The notes under the pieces are model-generated. The model saw only the letters and a program-made list of their open reading frames with translations. It was not told the DNA's origin and made no database searches. A program made the position numbers and the translations under genes. This document shows, one piece after another, positions 1 to 14,270 of a DNA stretch of 64,000 nucleotides. Within the stretch, counting starts at the first letter, position 1; each line of letters starts with the position of its first letter. The stretch is from Felis catus. Its lineage: Eukaryota. The DNA lies in NCBI RefSeq assembly GCF_018350175.1, contig NC_058368.1, positions 33,420,001 through 33,484,000 of the forward strand, given 5' to 3'.

Positions 1-807
1 TTTATAAATAAAAGATATGGTTTCGGTCATAATATAACAGGAATTGAGAGACATTCTTAATAGATTTAGTAAAAGATGAATTAATTTATTAACTACCTAA
101 CATGGGTAAGACACAATTTTAGGTCACTGTTTTTTTAGAAGAAGAAATTTGAGTTCACTCTGTTTTCCTAATTCTGTATACTAGAATTATCTGTGCAGAC
201 ACATCTCCTTTTGTAAAACAAACAAACAAAAAACTCTTCTCAGGCTTGTATTTTCTTACCAAGGCTCACCGTGTCATATAGTCTTGGTTTCTTATACATA
301 CAGGTCAATCACAATTAAGTGTTTCAATTTCACTCCAAGTGAACTATGACAGAATCACTGTTCAATTCATTATTCGGATAATCATCAAGTTTTTGCTATT
401 GTAGTTATCACAATAAAACTTCTAACTAAATGAAAATGACTCATACATTCATTACTTTGAGAATTATTATTAATTGCAGTCTACATCCACCAGGTCAGCT
501 GACGATCAGGCTTGTTCTACTTTTAGGCAAGCCTGACAACTACTGAATTGTATGATTTCTTTAAACAGTACTTACTGAGTAATTGCCAAGTCATTTGATA
601 GATCTTGAGCATCCATAGACGTATAATCATAGACCCTAGTATCATGAGTGTAACGTGCTAAGGGAAAAGAAATATCTTTCAGTTAATCTCACTCCAATCT
701 ATATATTAACTGTTTAAAAAACTGTAGGAGAATTGATACATAAGTGCATACAAGGATTTCCTAAACCACAGTGAGGTCATTGTATACTACAATAGAAAGA
801 TTGCTTT

Positions 808-971
808 GCGGGTACCTGGGTGGCTCAGTCGGTTACCATCTGACTCTATTTTGACTCTCGTTATGATCTCATGGTTCATGAGATCGAGCCCCACATCACC
901 TCTGCGCTGACAGCTTGGAGCCTGCTGGGATTCTCTCCCTCCCTCTCTCTCTCTGCCCCTCCCCCACCCCT

Positions 972-1023
<52 letters not shown>

Positions 1024-1058
1024 ACTCTCTCTCTCTAAGTGAATAAAATAAACAAAAA
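808..1058 (+). mobile_element. Can-SINE (SINEC, tRNA-derived), older copy
   Basis: Head GGTACCTGGGTGGCTCAGTCGGTT, B-box-like GATCGAGCCC, (CT)n tract, A-rich tail. Confidence 0.9.
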
Positions 1059-1440
1059 GAGATTTCTTTAAAAAATTATTGACTGAAATTCACAGTTCAC
1101 GATATTTTATATAAATTTCATGCATGCATATTGTTTTTTGAATACAATAATAGTAAAACATAAGAGCTAATTCTGCAAAGTTATTTTGACAATTAAGGAA
1201 TTATTATAATTGACAAGAGCCTTGTGAGACAGGATGGGGTTGTAAATGGGACTTGATATTTGCTGTGAAATGTACTAAAGTTTGATAGCTGTGTGTCTAA
1301 TTTGGCAAAACTATGAAGTAACTCAAAGCCTTATTTTCAACGAAATATTTGAATATTTGTGTATATATACACATGTGTGACAAACATTAAATTGTTTGTG
1401 TAAAGTGTCTATCACATAGGAGGGACTAAAGAAAGAAATA

Positions 1441-1621
1441 TGGGTTGTTCAGTCTGTTGAGCGTCCAAATCTTGATTTTGGCTCAAGCCATCGTTGTGGT
1501 GTCATAGGATCAGGTTTTGCACTGAATGCGGAGCCTGCTTGGAATTCTCTCTCTCCCTCTACCCTCTCCCCCTCTCGCATGTGTGCTCTCTCTCTCTCAA
1601 AAATAAACAAATATAAATAAG
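1441..1621 (+). mobile_element. Can-SINE, diverged and 5'-eroded
   Basis: TGGGTTGTTCAGTCTGTTGAGCGTCC...GAGCCTGCTTGGAATTCTCTC, CT tract, AAAATAAACAAA tail. Confidence 0.85.
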
Positions 1622-3564
1622 AAAGGCCTTCTAAACTGTGATATTTGTCCATAATTGCTTTCTACTTTCACCACATCTGTGATATGCCTAACTGCTATTT
1701 TGTGTTACTTCTATCTCTTCAGTTGCTCTCTTAATTCATTTATCATTTCTGTTTTCTTAAGCTCTCAAAAGACACAAACATAAAGAAAAGGCGTCTAATG
1801 CACACATTCCAGAAAAATTTCCAAGTTACTTTTTCTAACCTACTTGTCTAATAATTTCCAATATACGAACAAATTTCCATGAGAACAGTTTCTCAATTCG
1901 TGAAAAGCTAATGAATGGTATCATTCTAACTTACTAAGGTATTTTCCCAGCGAAGTGCTTTAAGGGCATAAAATGGATGATATCTGATGCTATAATTGTA
2001 AATCATTAACAATCAGATTAGAAAGATGTTAATGGATTTTCCCTCTGCATAAATTTAATCATGGTTTTCTGTCATATTTTGTTTGTTTGTTTTTGCCTTT
2101 ATTTTTACTAATCATCACATGAGACTTAAGTTTTGATGAACTTGTCACTAATAAAATAAAAATTCTTATAATGGAATATCATTTAAATGTAGTGATCCAT
2201 AACCAACCATTATGCAAAATTATCTGAATAGAATAAACAGAGATATTTTCCCTAGCCATAGAGCTGCATTTGGTATTTGGGTTGCTATATATTTATCTTT
2301 GTTTCAACAAAAACTTAACATATCATGGACTATTGAGTGGATTTTATGATTTATATATACACACATACACATGTACAAAAGTTATATATACATATATAAT
2401 ATACACAGTTGTGTATATAACACCCTATAAGTTAAAATTATATGAATTTGTTATATATAGTCTATCATGTGATATTCTATTTTTATGATGGAATTTCATA
2501 TGCACTCTTAATTCCATCACTAAAGTTATCTCTATGACTTTGGTGAGGAAAAATGGGGACAATATCTACACTGTATCCAGACCTGGTTTAAAAAAAAAGA
2601 GACAACTCACAATTCAATTCTCCATATAACACAGTTGTTAGCTTTCTGACTGGTCATGTAGCATAAATCAGAAAGGACTCAAATACTCTTTTAAGCTATA
2701 ATGCAAATACATTGAATGTAATTGATGAGTGGATGACTGAGCATATATATCTCTAAAAGCAATTTAAGTGTTGAAACAGATTTCTTGGAATCCCTTTGAA
2801 CACAAAATTATTTTCCGGATATTTTGGAAATTACCTTTGAAGCAAATGATGTGATAGAAAACAACAACAAAAATAATGCAGCTTATAAATGAGTTTCCTC
2901 GGTGCAAGTATTTGGACGATATTTTTGAAATGCATAAAGTTATATTTTATATGCTCTGTTCACATGATGTTTATGGGCTCACAGTATGAGAATGAATATG
3001 CATTCCAATCCATCTACCTATTATCTGTATCTGTCTGCATATAATCTCTCTGTATTTATATATACATGTGCATAAATACATATAAATTTCTTTATTAGAA
3101 GAGAAAAATTAAATATCTATATACAGTCTACACATAGACATATAGACACAGGCACACACACAAAACAAGAACAACAGCAAGAAAGAGGGAATTTTGGGGT
3201 ATCATATTTGAGAAGGAATAGAAATATTGTTGTATTTGTTATAATATAACAATATACTTATATAACAAATATAATTTGTTAATTGAAATGTTCCCAGAAT
3301 GCACAATGCCATCGAAGCCAGTGAATATGAGGACCCGTAAACCAATAGTTGCAATATATACTATAGATACTAAATATAGTGAAAGTATATGTACTTCCAT
3401 ATTTTTGGTCTGGGATTTTCTTGGTTTTGTCACAAATAAAATGTACATATTGTTTATTTGATTTTTAACTAAGGGGGTTTCACATTTTACATGTAGGGAA
3501 AATGTAGATAGCAAAGCTTTATATGCTTACTTGGTGCCTTCTGATATCACCGACAGTTCATTTA

Positions 3565-3772
3565 TTTTTTTTTAATTCTTTTTAATGTTTATTTATTTTT
3601 GAGAGAGGGAGAGAGACAGAGCATGAGTGGGGAGGGACAGAGAAAGAGGGAGACACAGAATCCAAAGCAGGCTCCAGGCTCACCACTGTCAGCGCAGAGC
3701 CGGAACTCGGACAGTGAGATCATGACCTGACCTGAAGTCAGAGGCTTAACCAACGGAGCCACCCAGGCGCCG
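3565..3772 (-). mobile_element. Can-SINE with small internal deletion
   Basis: Reverse-strand SINEC body; TSD ACAGTTCATTTA at 3553-3564 and 3787-3798. Confidence 0.92.
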
Positions 3773-5054
3773 CCTCCCCACCCCTCACAGTTCATTTACA
3801 TCCCACATCTGAATCCTTTTCTCTCAGGATTTGGATTTTGGCCTAACTATGACCTTTTCCCTATTTTCCAAATTCTGTCTTGTTATGTAGTTTCAAAATT
3901 TTGGAGTAGATTTAAATGTATAAAATTAGGCAGTGCTATTAATATACTGAAAGATGAATTTCTAGAACAATGATTGTTTCAAAGGGCAGTTAGCGGATAT
4001 GAACTAAATATATCACGAGACTGATGAGTCTCTATCTTTGTAGTTTTGGGGTATCATTAACATAAGATCAGTATCTCATAAGAACTGGCTTGATTTGTCC
4101 TGCATTCTAGAGCTCATTGATAGCCTGATGCCAATGTATTACAGTAGTTTACAGATAGCACAAGTATTGTATATTAAGATCAAAGATAAACTTGTAAAAT
4201 AACCATATGCTCTTAGAGCTGTTAGACTAACATTTGTTTAAGGGAGTAATTTTAGAAAGAAGTAAAATCACTATTGATTAGAAATTCTGTAGAAAGTATC
4301 CTTAGAAAAATTATTTCACTTATTTAGATTTAATTAATTTTCATCAAGTGACGCTTATTGATGATTTAATTCAGTGGTGAGACTTCTCATATATTTTTCT
4401 GTCACAATTAGATGTTATCAAGAGAAAACTAATAATATAAAATGTTGATTTACATATTATCTGAAACTCTGTGACACTATAATAAGAAATACCTCTCTCT
4501 TTCCAGAAAGAAGTAAGAATTATCTCTAAAAATACATAAACATAAACATGTAAAATTGGAAATACCCTAGTGAAAATCAAATAAACAACATTTTTGCAAA
4601 GTAAAGGGCAGTGAAACAATCAACTTTTCAATCTAGGTATTTGATTTGAATAAATACAGCTGAAGATTAAGTTGCTTCATGTATCAACTACATATTGATA
4701 TTGCCAGTCTTTCACTCTACACTATGATGCAAAGTCATACTTTCCTGTCACGTGCTTCTTGTAGAACTTTATATGTTCTCTTATTAAAATGCATCTTATT
4801 CATATTGATTTATCACTTCAGGCTCTAAAATTTTGGACCCAAATTCTGCCATCCAATGTTCCTGACATTTCATCTCAAACTTGGACCTTATTAAATGTGA
4901 CTTTGCCAAATAAAGTAATGAGACATTGGGGGGCATTTTAGTATAAGAGAGTACCACAACCGTGAATGGGCAGAAGTGAAATTGTATTGGATGGGTGCCT
5001 CATTGAGCACAAGCTGGAAGGATAGATGCGTGGTGATGTTAGTGTTGATGGTAC

Positions 5055-5534
5055 TACTGGGAGACAGCTCTCTCTGGGTCTCTTGTGTTTCTACCTGTCT
5101 TTTGACAGCTTATTTTTTCCAGAGTGTCTTTTCAAGGATTTTTGTACAGTAGACAGCCTTGGAAGATGGAGAGGGCATCTCTCTCCTCGGCAAAGGTACA
5201 CTTATTTGCTGTTCAGGAAAAGGATAATGTTCCCCTAATGGGGCACGTGGTGAGCAGTTTTGCTAGTAGCTTCCTTAAAAGTGTGAAGCTTTCTTAGCTA
5301 GGATTTTTCAGCTGTCATACAAACCTAATGATTGCATAGCATCCGTCTCTCACACCTTTGCATCACCAGAGAAATTAGTGAAAACATGAAGTTCTATCTG
5401 CTGGCTATACTGAATTAAGAGTGCACTGTCTCTAACACAGGAGGCTCATTCCTTCTGGCAACATCCTCGAAGTTTTGGCAAGCCAAGTGGTTAGTTGCAA
5501 GTAGGATAAATATTAGATAATTCAGTTATTGACA
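5055..5534 (+). mobile_element. Solo LTR, LTR40-like (ERVL)
   Basis: Collinear motifs recalled from the LTR40 consensus: TGGGAGACA start, TCTTTTCAAGGAT, ACAGCCTTGGAAGAT, TTGCAAGTAGG, end CAGTTATTGACA. Confidence 0.75.
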
Positions 5535-5789
5535 TCATCTAGCATTCTACCCTCTTCATGCCATGAAGGAAAACAACTTCTACAAAAGCAGTGTTGGGTA
5601 TATCCACCCAGACTAAGCTTCCAACTGAAGAGTGATTTGGCCATCTCCATGTTTAAAAGCTTTTTCCTGTTGAGTATTCCGTTGAAAAACACTTCAGCAG
5701 ATCCTTAGTGCATGGTGAAGCAATCAACACCTTGCCAACCATTTTTCAGACTCCAGTACAGAATATTCTCTGATGGCTTCTTAGATGTT

Positions 5790-5985
5790 TTAATAGGTAG
5801 TTACCACTAAGTGAAGAAATTAAGAGAATGATGTCATGTAAAGTAGATATCACCAAGTGGTGTACTTTTTGAGTTCCAAAGAGATACTCTGAAACCTGTT
5901 TTTCTAGCATCTCTCAGTAATATATTCCATGTTTTCCCTCAAGTTTGTTTGAATTATGTTTTTGCAAATTGCAAACCAGAAAATA
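5790..5985 (+). mobile_element. MLT1-like (ERVL-MaLR) LTR 3' remnant
   Basis: TCAAGTTTGTTTGAATTATGTTTTTGCAAATTGCAAACCAGAAAA resembles the MLT1 3' end; highly diverged. Confidence 0.35.
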
Positions 5986-7039
5986 TTTATAAAGAATAGA
6001 AGCTCGAATTGATATTCAGGCTTTGTGGGGGAAATTGGCAGAGGGTTCTTCACTATCTCTTTCATATCGATCATTCAGGCCAACACAGTTAGCTCTTATT
6101 AGGTTATTAACAAAAATGATGCATTGACCTATAGAAATATAAAACATACTATTACTGTTTGATTGCTTCCAAGTGATTTTTGTGTAATATTGTGTGCTGA
6201 TCTATCGTTGAGTTTTTCCTATGTATTCAGGATGCATCTACTGAAAGGCATGAGCTAAAGAATTATTTACTCTGATAAAGTAACAATCTCTCCTGCATTC
6301 TTGAATTTGAGATTGCTATTCATTAAATTAATAGATTAGTATATTTGAAATACAGTTTTACCATTTGGAAAGTACCTATAATGGCACATGACAATAGTTT
6401 AGGTGATTCCATAGGAAATACTCAATACTATTAAAAATATAGAAGGAGATAGAGGAAAACACGAAAATGTGAACTAGGAGGGAGAGAAAAAAAAGACAAT
6501 AAGAGGAAGAATAAGAAAAGAAAGGGAAGGGGAAGTGAAAGATAAGGAAAAGGAAGGAGACAAAGTTAACAATTTTGTGAAAAGGCAGATATGAATGTGC
6601 TTGTAGTTGGAGATACTACTATTTGAAACTAAAAAAAAAGCTACAAAAACATAGACTAAATAATAAAAGTGAATCTAGGAAATCTTTGAAAAGCTTGCAG
6701 TATTATCAATATGTAGATACATGTTCAAATATATATTCATATGTATGAATACATATTCAGTATGTATTCCATATATACATGTATATACCTACTTACATAA
6801 ACACACGTATACACCCATACAGAGAAATATTACATCAAGTCATATTGAAATATTACATCAAAGAGAGAACAACCACAACAACAATATACTGAGTCTCTTA
6901 AGAATCAGCACAGATTTCACCCATTTTATCACAATGTCCTTGAAATTCTGGTGTATTTAAGGTTATGTCCTCTATATTTTATGTGCTTTACATATGTTAC
7001 TCTTCTTTGTCTTTCAGATGAGTTTACTAGAGTATCTGT

Positions 7040-7420
7040 CTCCTTTGTTAGAGCGTAAGCAGGATGGAGTCTTTTTCAACTTGAATCATCAGCACATAAG
7101 ATAAGCATCATGCCTAGGTTATAGTAGTGACTCAACAAATATTTGTGGAATTAATCACATACATGCCTTCACAAATACTTTTGAGTCACTTCTGTGTGCT
7201 TACTAATGTGCTAGATACTTCTGTACTTTCCCATCTAAAAAGCAAACAGACAAGTAGCAACCATGCAGTGTGTTAAGCGAACAACAGGGTAAAGGGTCAG
7301 TTTCTTTGGGAGCCTATAACAAGGTGTTTTACTCTGGGGGTATCTTGATTAAATGACAGTAAGCCAGCTTGAAAAATAAGAAAGAGCTAGGCATAATTTG
7401 GGTTAAATAGCATTCCATAA
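7040..7420. mobile_element. L2 3'-end relics (two, tail-to-tail)
   Basis: ATAGTAGTGACTCAACAAATATTTGTGGAATTAAT (+) followed by CAAATACTTTTGAGTCACTTCTGTGTGC (-). Confidence 0.5.
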
Positions 7421-7684
7421 AGAGAAATCAGACTTCAACTTTTCCCCAAAGTCTCGCCTTAAATTCTGTAGATGTACACAGGAAATAATATTATAAACCT
7501 TGTAGTAAAGGGCCCTTGTACAAATTTGATTTGTAGCACGTCAAAAAAGGTAAAATTACATCTTTCCTTTAATGTCACCTCTATGTTACATTTTCAATGT
7601 TTACTTAAAGTAAAGCACATAGGCATTAAATTGAATGTATATTCAAAACATTGGAGTTCAATATCGTTAAATTAATACTATGGG

Positions 7685-7907
7685 TTTTTTTTTTAATTTT
7701 TTTTTCAACGTTTATTTATTTTTGGGACAGAGAGAGACAGAGCATGAATGGGGGAGGGGCAGAGAGAGAGGGAGACACAGAATCTGAAACAGGCTCCAGG
7801 CTCTGAGCCATCAGCCCAGAGCCGACGCAGGGCTCGAACTCACGGACCGCGAGATCGTGACCTGGCTGAAGTCGGACGCTTAACTGACTGCGCCACCCAG
7901 GCGCCCC
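7685..7907 (-). mobile_element. Young felid SINE (SINEC_Fc-type)
   Basis: Near-consensus, CpG-rich body; TSD AATACTATG at 7674-7682 and 7908-7916. Confidence 0.97.
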
Positions 7908-7939
7908 AATACTATGTATTTATAGTCACTCCTGATTAC

Positions 7940-8798
7940 TTTCTATTTCATCATCAAATTCAACTCATTTGTAATTCTTGCCTGCTTTGTCTTTAAAATA
8001 CATCCTGGAATCTGGTCACTTCGTCCCAAATCTACTGGCACGGCCTCAGTCCAGTCCACCATTGTCACTCTTTGGATTGACAAGGGCTGTTCCTAAATGG
8101 TTTCTAGGTTTCCAGCCCTAACTCTCTGCAGTCTTTTTTCAGTAAAGCAATCAGAGGAATCTTTAAAGACTGAGATGCTCCTTCCAAAGTGTTCCTATCT
8201 CACTCAGAGCGAAAGCAGAAGTGTTTCTTATGGTATGCTAAATCCCACGCTACATCTCATACTAGACTCCTACTACTCTTAAACTAACCCCATAACTCCA
8301 CTACTAAATTTCTAGTTCACCCTATTTTAGCCACAATACTCTACTTGTTGTTATTCAAACACATTAAACAATGTTTCCGCCACAGAATCTTTGTATTTTT
8401 TTGACCCCTGTCTTCAATGCTCTTAATCCAGATTTCCATAAATTTCACTCAATCATTTCCTTGAGATTTGGAGGTCTTCACTGAGATTCTTTTGTTTTGT
8501 TGTTTTTTTTTTCCACTGACATTTTCTATGTAAAATTTCAACCCTTCTGTTTGCCTTCACTCAAACATTCCTTATTTCTTTTATGCTGCTTTAAGTTTTT
8601 CAACCGCACGTATCACCATATGAAATACTATATACTTTATTCTATACACACACATGTGCACAAATACACATTAGTTTGTTGTCCTTCGTCTAGTTACAAA
8701 GGTACAATCGTTGAGGCCACAGATTAATTTTTTTCTAAACTATATCAGCACCAAGAACATTATCTGGTACAAAAATAAAAGACTATTGAATGAATGAA
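7940..8798 (+). mobile_element. L2 (L2a-like) 3' fragment
   Basis: Typical L2 3' motifs (GTCCACCATTGTCACTC, CAATCAGAGGAATCTTTAAA) ending in TATTGAATGAATGAAT. Confidence 0.75.
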
Positions 8799-9261
8799 TA
8801 TTCATTGAGAACTTGAAATATAAATGATACTATTTTCCCCTATCACTTTTTCAAACTAGACAGTAGTATCTGTGTCCTTAAGTTGAAGACATTCAGCCAT
8901 ATTCTGAGGTAACAGAAAATCAAATATGGTTAAAAATAAAATAATACAAGATTTCTATTATTTTTCTATCTGAGCATTAATTTATTCTTTTTTTTTGGTT
9001 TACATAAGTGATTTCCTTTTTTTTTCTATTTTTTCTTTTTTTCAATATATGAAATTTATTGTCAAATTGGTTTCCATACAACACCCAGTGCTCATCCCAA
9101 CAGGTGCCCTCCTCAATACCCATCACCCACCCTCCCCTTCCTCCAATCCCCCATCAACCCTCAGTTTGTTCTCAGTTTTTAAGAGTCTCTTATGCTTTGG
9201 CTCTCTTCCACTCTAACCTCTTTTTTTCCTTCCCCTCCCCCATGGGTTTCTGTTAAGTTTC

Positions 9262-12200
9262 TCAGGATCCACATAAGAGTGAAAATATATGGTATCTGTC
9301 TTTCTCTGTATGGCTTATTTCACTTAGCACAACACTCTCCAGTTCCATCCACGTTGCTACAAAGGGCCATATTTCATTCTTTCTCATTGCCATGTAGTAC
9401 TCCATTGTGTATATAAACCACAATTTTTTTTCCATTCATCAGTTAATGGACATTTAGACTTTTTCCACAATTTGGCTATTGTTGAGAGTGCTGCTATAAG
9501 CATTGGGGTACAAGTGCCCCTATGCATCAGTACTCCTGTATCCCTTGGGTAAATTCCTAGCAGTGCTATTGCTGGGTCATAGGTTAGGTCTATTTTTAAT
9601 TTTCTGAGGAACCTCCACACTGTTTTCCAGAGTGGCTACACCAGTTTGCATTCCCACCAAAAGTGCAAGAGGGTTCCCGTTTCTCCACATCCTCGCCAGC
9701 ATCTATAGTCTCCTGATTTGTTCATTTTGGCCACTCTGACTGGAGTGAGGTGATATCTGAGTGTGGTTTTGATTTGTATTTCCCTGATGAGAAGCGACGT
9801 TGAGCATCTTTTCATGTGCCTGTTGGCCATCCGGATGTCTTCTTTAGAGAAGTGTCTATTCATGTTTTCTGTCCATTTCTTCACTGGGTTATTTGTTTTT
9901 CGGGTGTGGAGTTTGGTGAGCTCTTTATAGATTTTGGATACTAGCCCTTTGTCCGATATGTCATTTGCAAATATCTTTTCTCATTCCGTTGGTTGCCTTT
10001 TAGTTTTGTTGGTTGTTTCCTTTGCTGTGCAGAAGCTTTTTATCTTTATAAGGTCCCGGTAGTTCATTTTTGCTTTTAATTCCCTTGACTTTGGGGATGT
10101 GTCAAGTAAGAAATTGCTGCGGCTGAGGTCAGAGAGGTCTTTTCCTGCTTTCTCCTCTAGGGTTTTGATGGTTTCCTGTCTCACATTCAGATCCTTTATC
10201 TATTTTGAGTTTACTTTTGTGAATGGTGTGAGAAAGTGATCTAGTTTCAATCTTCTGCATGATGCTGTCCAGTTCTCCCAGCACCATTTGTTAAAGAACT
10301 GTCTTTTTTCCATTGGATGTTCTTTCCTGCTTTGTTAAAGATGAGTTGGCGATACGTTTGTGGGTCTAGTTCTAGGGTTTCTATTCTATTCCATTGGTCT
10401 ATGTGTCTGTTTTTGTGCCAATACCATGCTGTCTTGATGATGACACCTTTGTAGTAGAGGCTAAAGTCTAGGATTGTGATGCCTCCTGCTTTGGTCTTCT
10501 TCTTCAAAATTACTTTGGCTATTCGGGCCTTTTGTGGTTCCATATGAATTTTAGGATTGCTTGTTCTAGTTTCGAGAAGAATGCTGGTGCAATTTTAATT
10601 GGGATTGCATTGAATGTGTAGATAGCTTTGGGTAGTATTGACATTTTGACAATATTTATTCTTCCAATCCATGAGCAGGGAATGTTTTTCCATTTCTTTA
10701 AATCTTCTTCAATTTCCTTCATACGCTTTCTATAGTTTTCAGCATACAGATCTTTTACATCTTTGGTTAGATTTATTCCTAGGTATTTTATGCTTCTTGG
10801 TGCAATTGTGAATGGGATCAGTTTCTCTATTTGCCTTTCTGTTGCTTCATTATTAGTGTATAAGAATGCAACTGATTTCTGTACATTGATTTTGTATCCT
10901 GCAACTTTGCTAAATTCATGTATGAGTTCTAGCAGACTTTTGGTGGAGTCTATAGGATTTTTCACGTATAATATCATGTCATCTGCAAAAAGTGAAAGGT
11001 TAACTTCATCTTTGCCAATTTTGATGCCTTTGATTTCCTTTTGTTGTCTGATTGCTGATGCTAGCACTTCCAACACTATGTTAAACAACAACAGTGAGAG
11101 TGGACATCCCTGTCATGTTCCTGATCTCAGGGCAAAAGCTCTCAGTTTTTCCCCGTTGAGGATGATGTTAGCTGTGGGCTTTTCATAAATGGCTTTTATG
11201 ATGTTTAAGTATGTTCCTTCTATCCCGACTTTCCTGAGGGTTTTTATTAAGAAAGGATGCTGAATTTTGTCAAAGGCCTTTTCTGCATTGATTGACAGGA
11301 TCATATGGTTCTTCTCTTTTCTTTTATTAATGCGATGTATCACGTTGATTGATTTGCGAATGTTGAACCAGCCCTGCATCCCAGGAATGAATCCCACTTG
11401 ATCATGGTGAATAATTCTTTTTATATGCCGTTGAATTCGATTTGCTAGTATCTTATTGAGAATTTTTGCATCCATATTCATCAGGGATATTGGCCTGTAG
11501 TTCTCTTTTTTTACTGGGTCTCTGGTTTAGGAATCAAAGTAATACTGGCTTCATAGAATGAGTCTGGAAGTTTTCCTTTCCTTTCTATTTTTTGGAATAG
11601 CTTGAGAAGGATAGGTATTGTGTCTACTTTAAACATCTGGTAGAACTCCCCTGGGAAGCCATCTGGTCCTGGACTCTTATTTGTTGGGAGATTTTTGATG
11701 ACTCATTCAATTTCTTCGCTGGTTATGGGTCTGTTCAAGCTTTCTATTTCCTCCTGATTGAGTTTTGGAAGCGTGTGGGTGTTTAGGAATTTGTCCATTT
11801 CTTCCAGGTTGTCCAGTTTGTTGGCATATAATTTTTCATAGTATTCCCTGATAATTGCTTGTATCTCTGAGGGATTGGTTGAAATAATTCCATTTTCATT
11901 CATGATTTTATCTATTTGGGTCATCTCCCTTTTCTTTTTAAGAAGCCTGGCTAGAGGTTTATCAATTTTGTTTATTGTTTTCAAAAAACCAACTCTTGGT
12001 TTCGTTGATCTGCTCTACAGTTTTTTTAGATTCTATATTGTTTATTTCTGCTCTGATCTTTATTATTTCTCTTCTTCTGCTGGGGTTAGGCTGTCTTTGC
12101 TGCTCTGCTTCTATTTCCTTTAGGTGTGCTGTTAGATTTTGTATTTGGGATTTTTCTTGTTTCTTGAGATAGGCCTGGATTGCAATGTATTTTCCTGTCA

Positions 12201-13334
12201 GGACTGCGTTCGCTGCATCCCAAAGCGTTTGGATTGTTGTATTTTCATTTTCGTTTGTTTCCATATATTTTTAATTTCTTCTCTAATTGCCTGGTTGACC
12301 CATTCATTCTTTAGTAGGGTGTTCTTTAACCTCCATGCTTTTGGAGGTTTTCCAGACTTTTTTCCTGTGGTTGATTTTAGGCTTCATAGCACTGTGGTCT
12401 GAAAGTATGCATGGTATGATTTCAATTCTTGTATATACTTATGAAGGGCTGTTTTGTGACCCAGTATGTGCTCTATCTTGGAGAATGTTCCATGCGCACT
12501 CGAGAAGAAAGTATATTCTGTTGCTTTGGGATGCGAGTTCAAATATATCTGTCAAGGGGCGCCTGGGTGGCGCAGTCGGTTAAGTGTCCGACTTCAGCCA
12601 GGTCACGATCTCGCGGTCCGTGAGTTTGAGCCCCACGTCAGGCTCTGGGCTGATGGCTCGGAGCCTGGAGCCTGTTTCTGATTCTGTGTCTCCCTCTCTC
12701 TCTGCCCCTCCCCCGTTCATGCTCTGTCTCTCTCTGTCCCAAAAATAAACAAACGTTGAAAAAAAAAATTTTTTAAAAAAATAAAAAAAAAAACAAATAT
12801 ATCTGTCAAGTCCATCTGATCCAATGTATCATTCAGGGCCCTTGTGTCTTTATTGACCGTGTGTCTAGATGATCTATCCATTTCTGTAAGTGGAGTGTTA
12901 AAGTCCCCTGCAATTACCACATTCTTATCAATAAGGTTGCTTATGTTTGTGAGTAATTGTTTTATATATTTTGGGGATCCTGTATTCGGCACATAGACAT
13001 TTATAATTGTTAGCTCTTCCTGATGGATAGACCCTGTGATTATTATATAATGCCCTTCTTCATCTCTTGTTACAGCCTTTAATTGAAAGTCTAGTTTGTC
13101 TGGTATAAGTATGGCTACTCCAGTTTTCTTTTGACTTCCAGTGGCATGATAAATAGTTCTTCATCCCCTCACTTTCAATCTGAAGGTGTCCTCAGGTCTA
13201 AAATGAGTCTCTTTTAGACAGCAAATAGATGGGTCTTGTTTTTTTATCCATTCTGATACCCTATGTCTTTTGGTTGGTGCATTTAGTCCATTTACATTCA
13301 GTGTTATTATAGAAAGATATGGGTTTAGAATCAT
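9262..13334 (-). pseudogene. L1 ORF2 (endonuclease/reverse transcriptase), disrupted by frameshifts, stops and a SINE
   Basis: ORF-track fragments contain LNVNGLN, GDFNTPL, LFADD and CWRGC..HFWWEC motifs. Confidence 0.95.
12556..12794 (+). mobile_element. Young felid SINE inserted in the L1 EN domain
   Basis: Near-consensus body; TSD AAATATATCTGTCAA at 12541-12555 and 12795-12809. Confidence 0.97.
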
Positions 13335-13384
13335 CGTAATGTCCGTAGTTTTTATGCTTGTAGGGATGTCTCTGGTACTTTGTC

Positions 13385-14270
13385 TCACAGGATCCCCCTT
13401 AGGATCTCTTGTAGGGTTGGTTTAGTGGTGATGAATTCCTTCAGTTTTTGTTTGTTTGGGAAGACCTTTATCTCTCCTTCTATTCTAAATGACAGACTTG
13501 CTGGGTAGAGGATTCTCGGCTGCATATTTTTTCTGTTCATCACATTGAAGATTTCCTGCCATTCCTTTCTGGCCTGCCAAGTTTCACTAGAGAGATCCGT
13601 CACGAGTCTTATCAGTCTCCCTTTATATGTTAGAGCATGTTTATCCCTAGCTGCTTTCAGAATTTTCTCTTTATCCTTGTATTTTGCCAGTTCCACTATG
13701 ATGTGCAGAAGATCGATTCAAGTTACATCTAAAGGGAGTTCTCTGTGCCTCTTGGATTTCAATGTCTTTTTCCTTCCCTAGATCCGGGAAGTTCTCAGCT
13801 ATTATTTCCTCAAGTACACCTTCAGCACCTTTCCCTCTCTCTTCCTCCCCTGGAATACCAATTATGCGTAGATTATTTCTCTTTAGTGCATCACTTAGTT
13901 CTCTAATTTTCCCCTCATCCTCCTGGATTTATCTCTCTTTTTCTCAGCTTCCTCTTTTTCCATAATTTTATCTTCTAGTTCACCTATTCTCTCCTCTGCC
14001 TCTTCAATCCGAGCTGTGGTTGTCTCCATTTTCTTTTGCAGTTCATTGATAGCATTTTTTTAGCTCCTCCTGACTGTTCCTTAGTCCCTTGATCTCTGTA
14101 GCAATAGATTCTCTGCTGTCCTCTATACTGTTTTCAAGCCCAAGGATTAATTTTATGACTATTATTCTAAATTCACTTTCTGTTATATTGTTTAAATCAT
14201 TTTCAATCATTTCATTAGCTGTTGTTATTTCCTGGAGATTCTTCTGAGGGGAATTCTTCCGCTTGGTCAT
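13385..14270 (-). pseudogene. L1 ORF1 (RNA-binding protein), frameshifted
   Basis: MTKRKNSPQKNLQE N-terminus and PRILYPASLSF...LQEILRGIL C-terminus lie in separate fragments. Confidence 0.93.
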
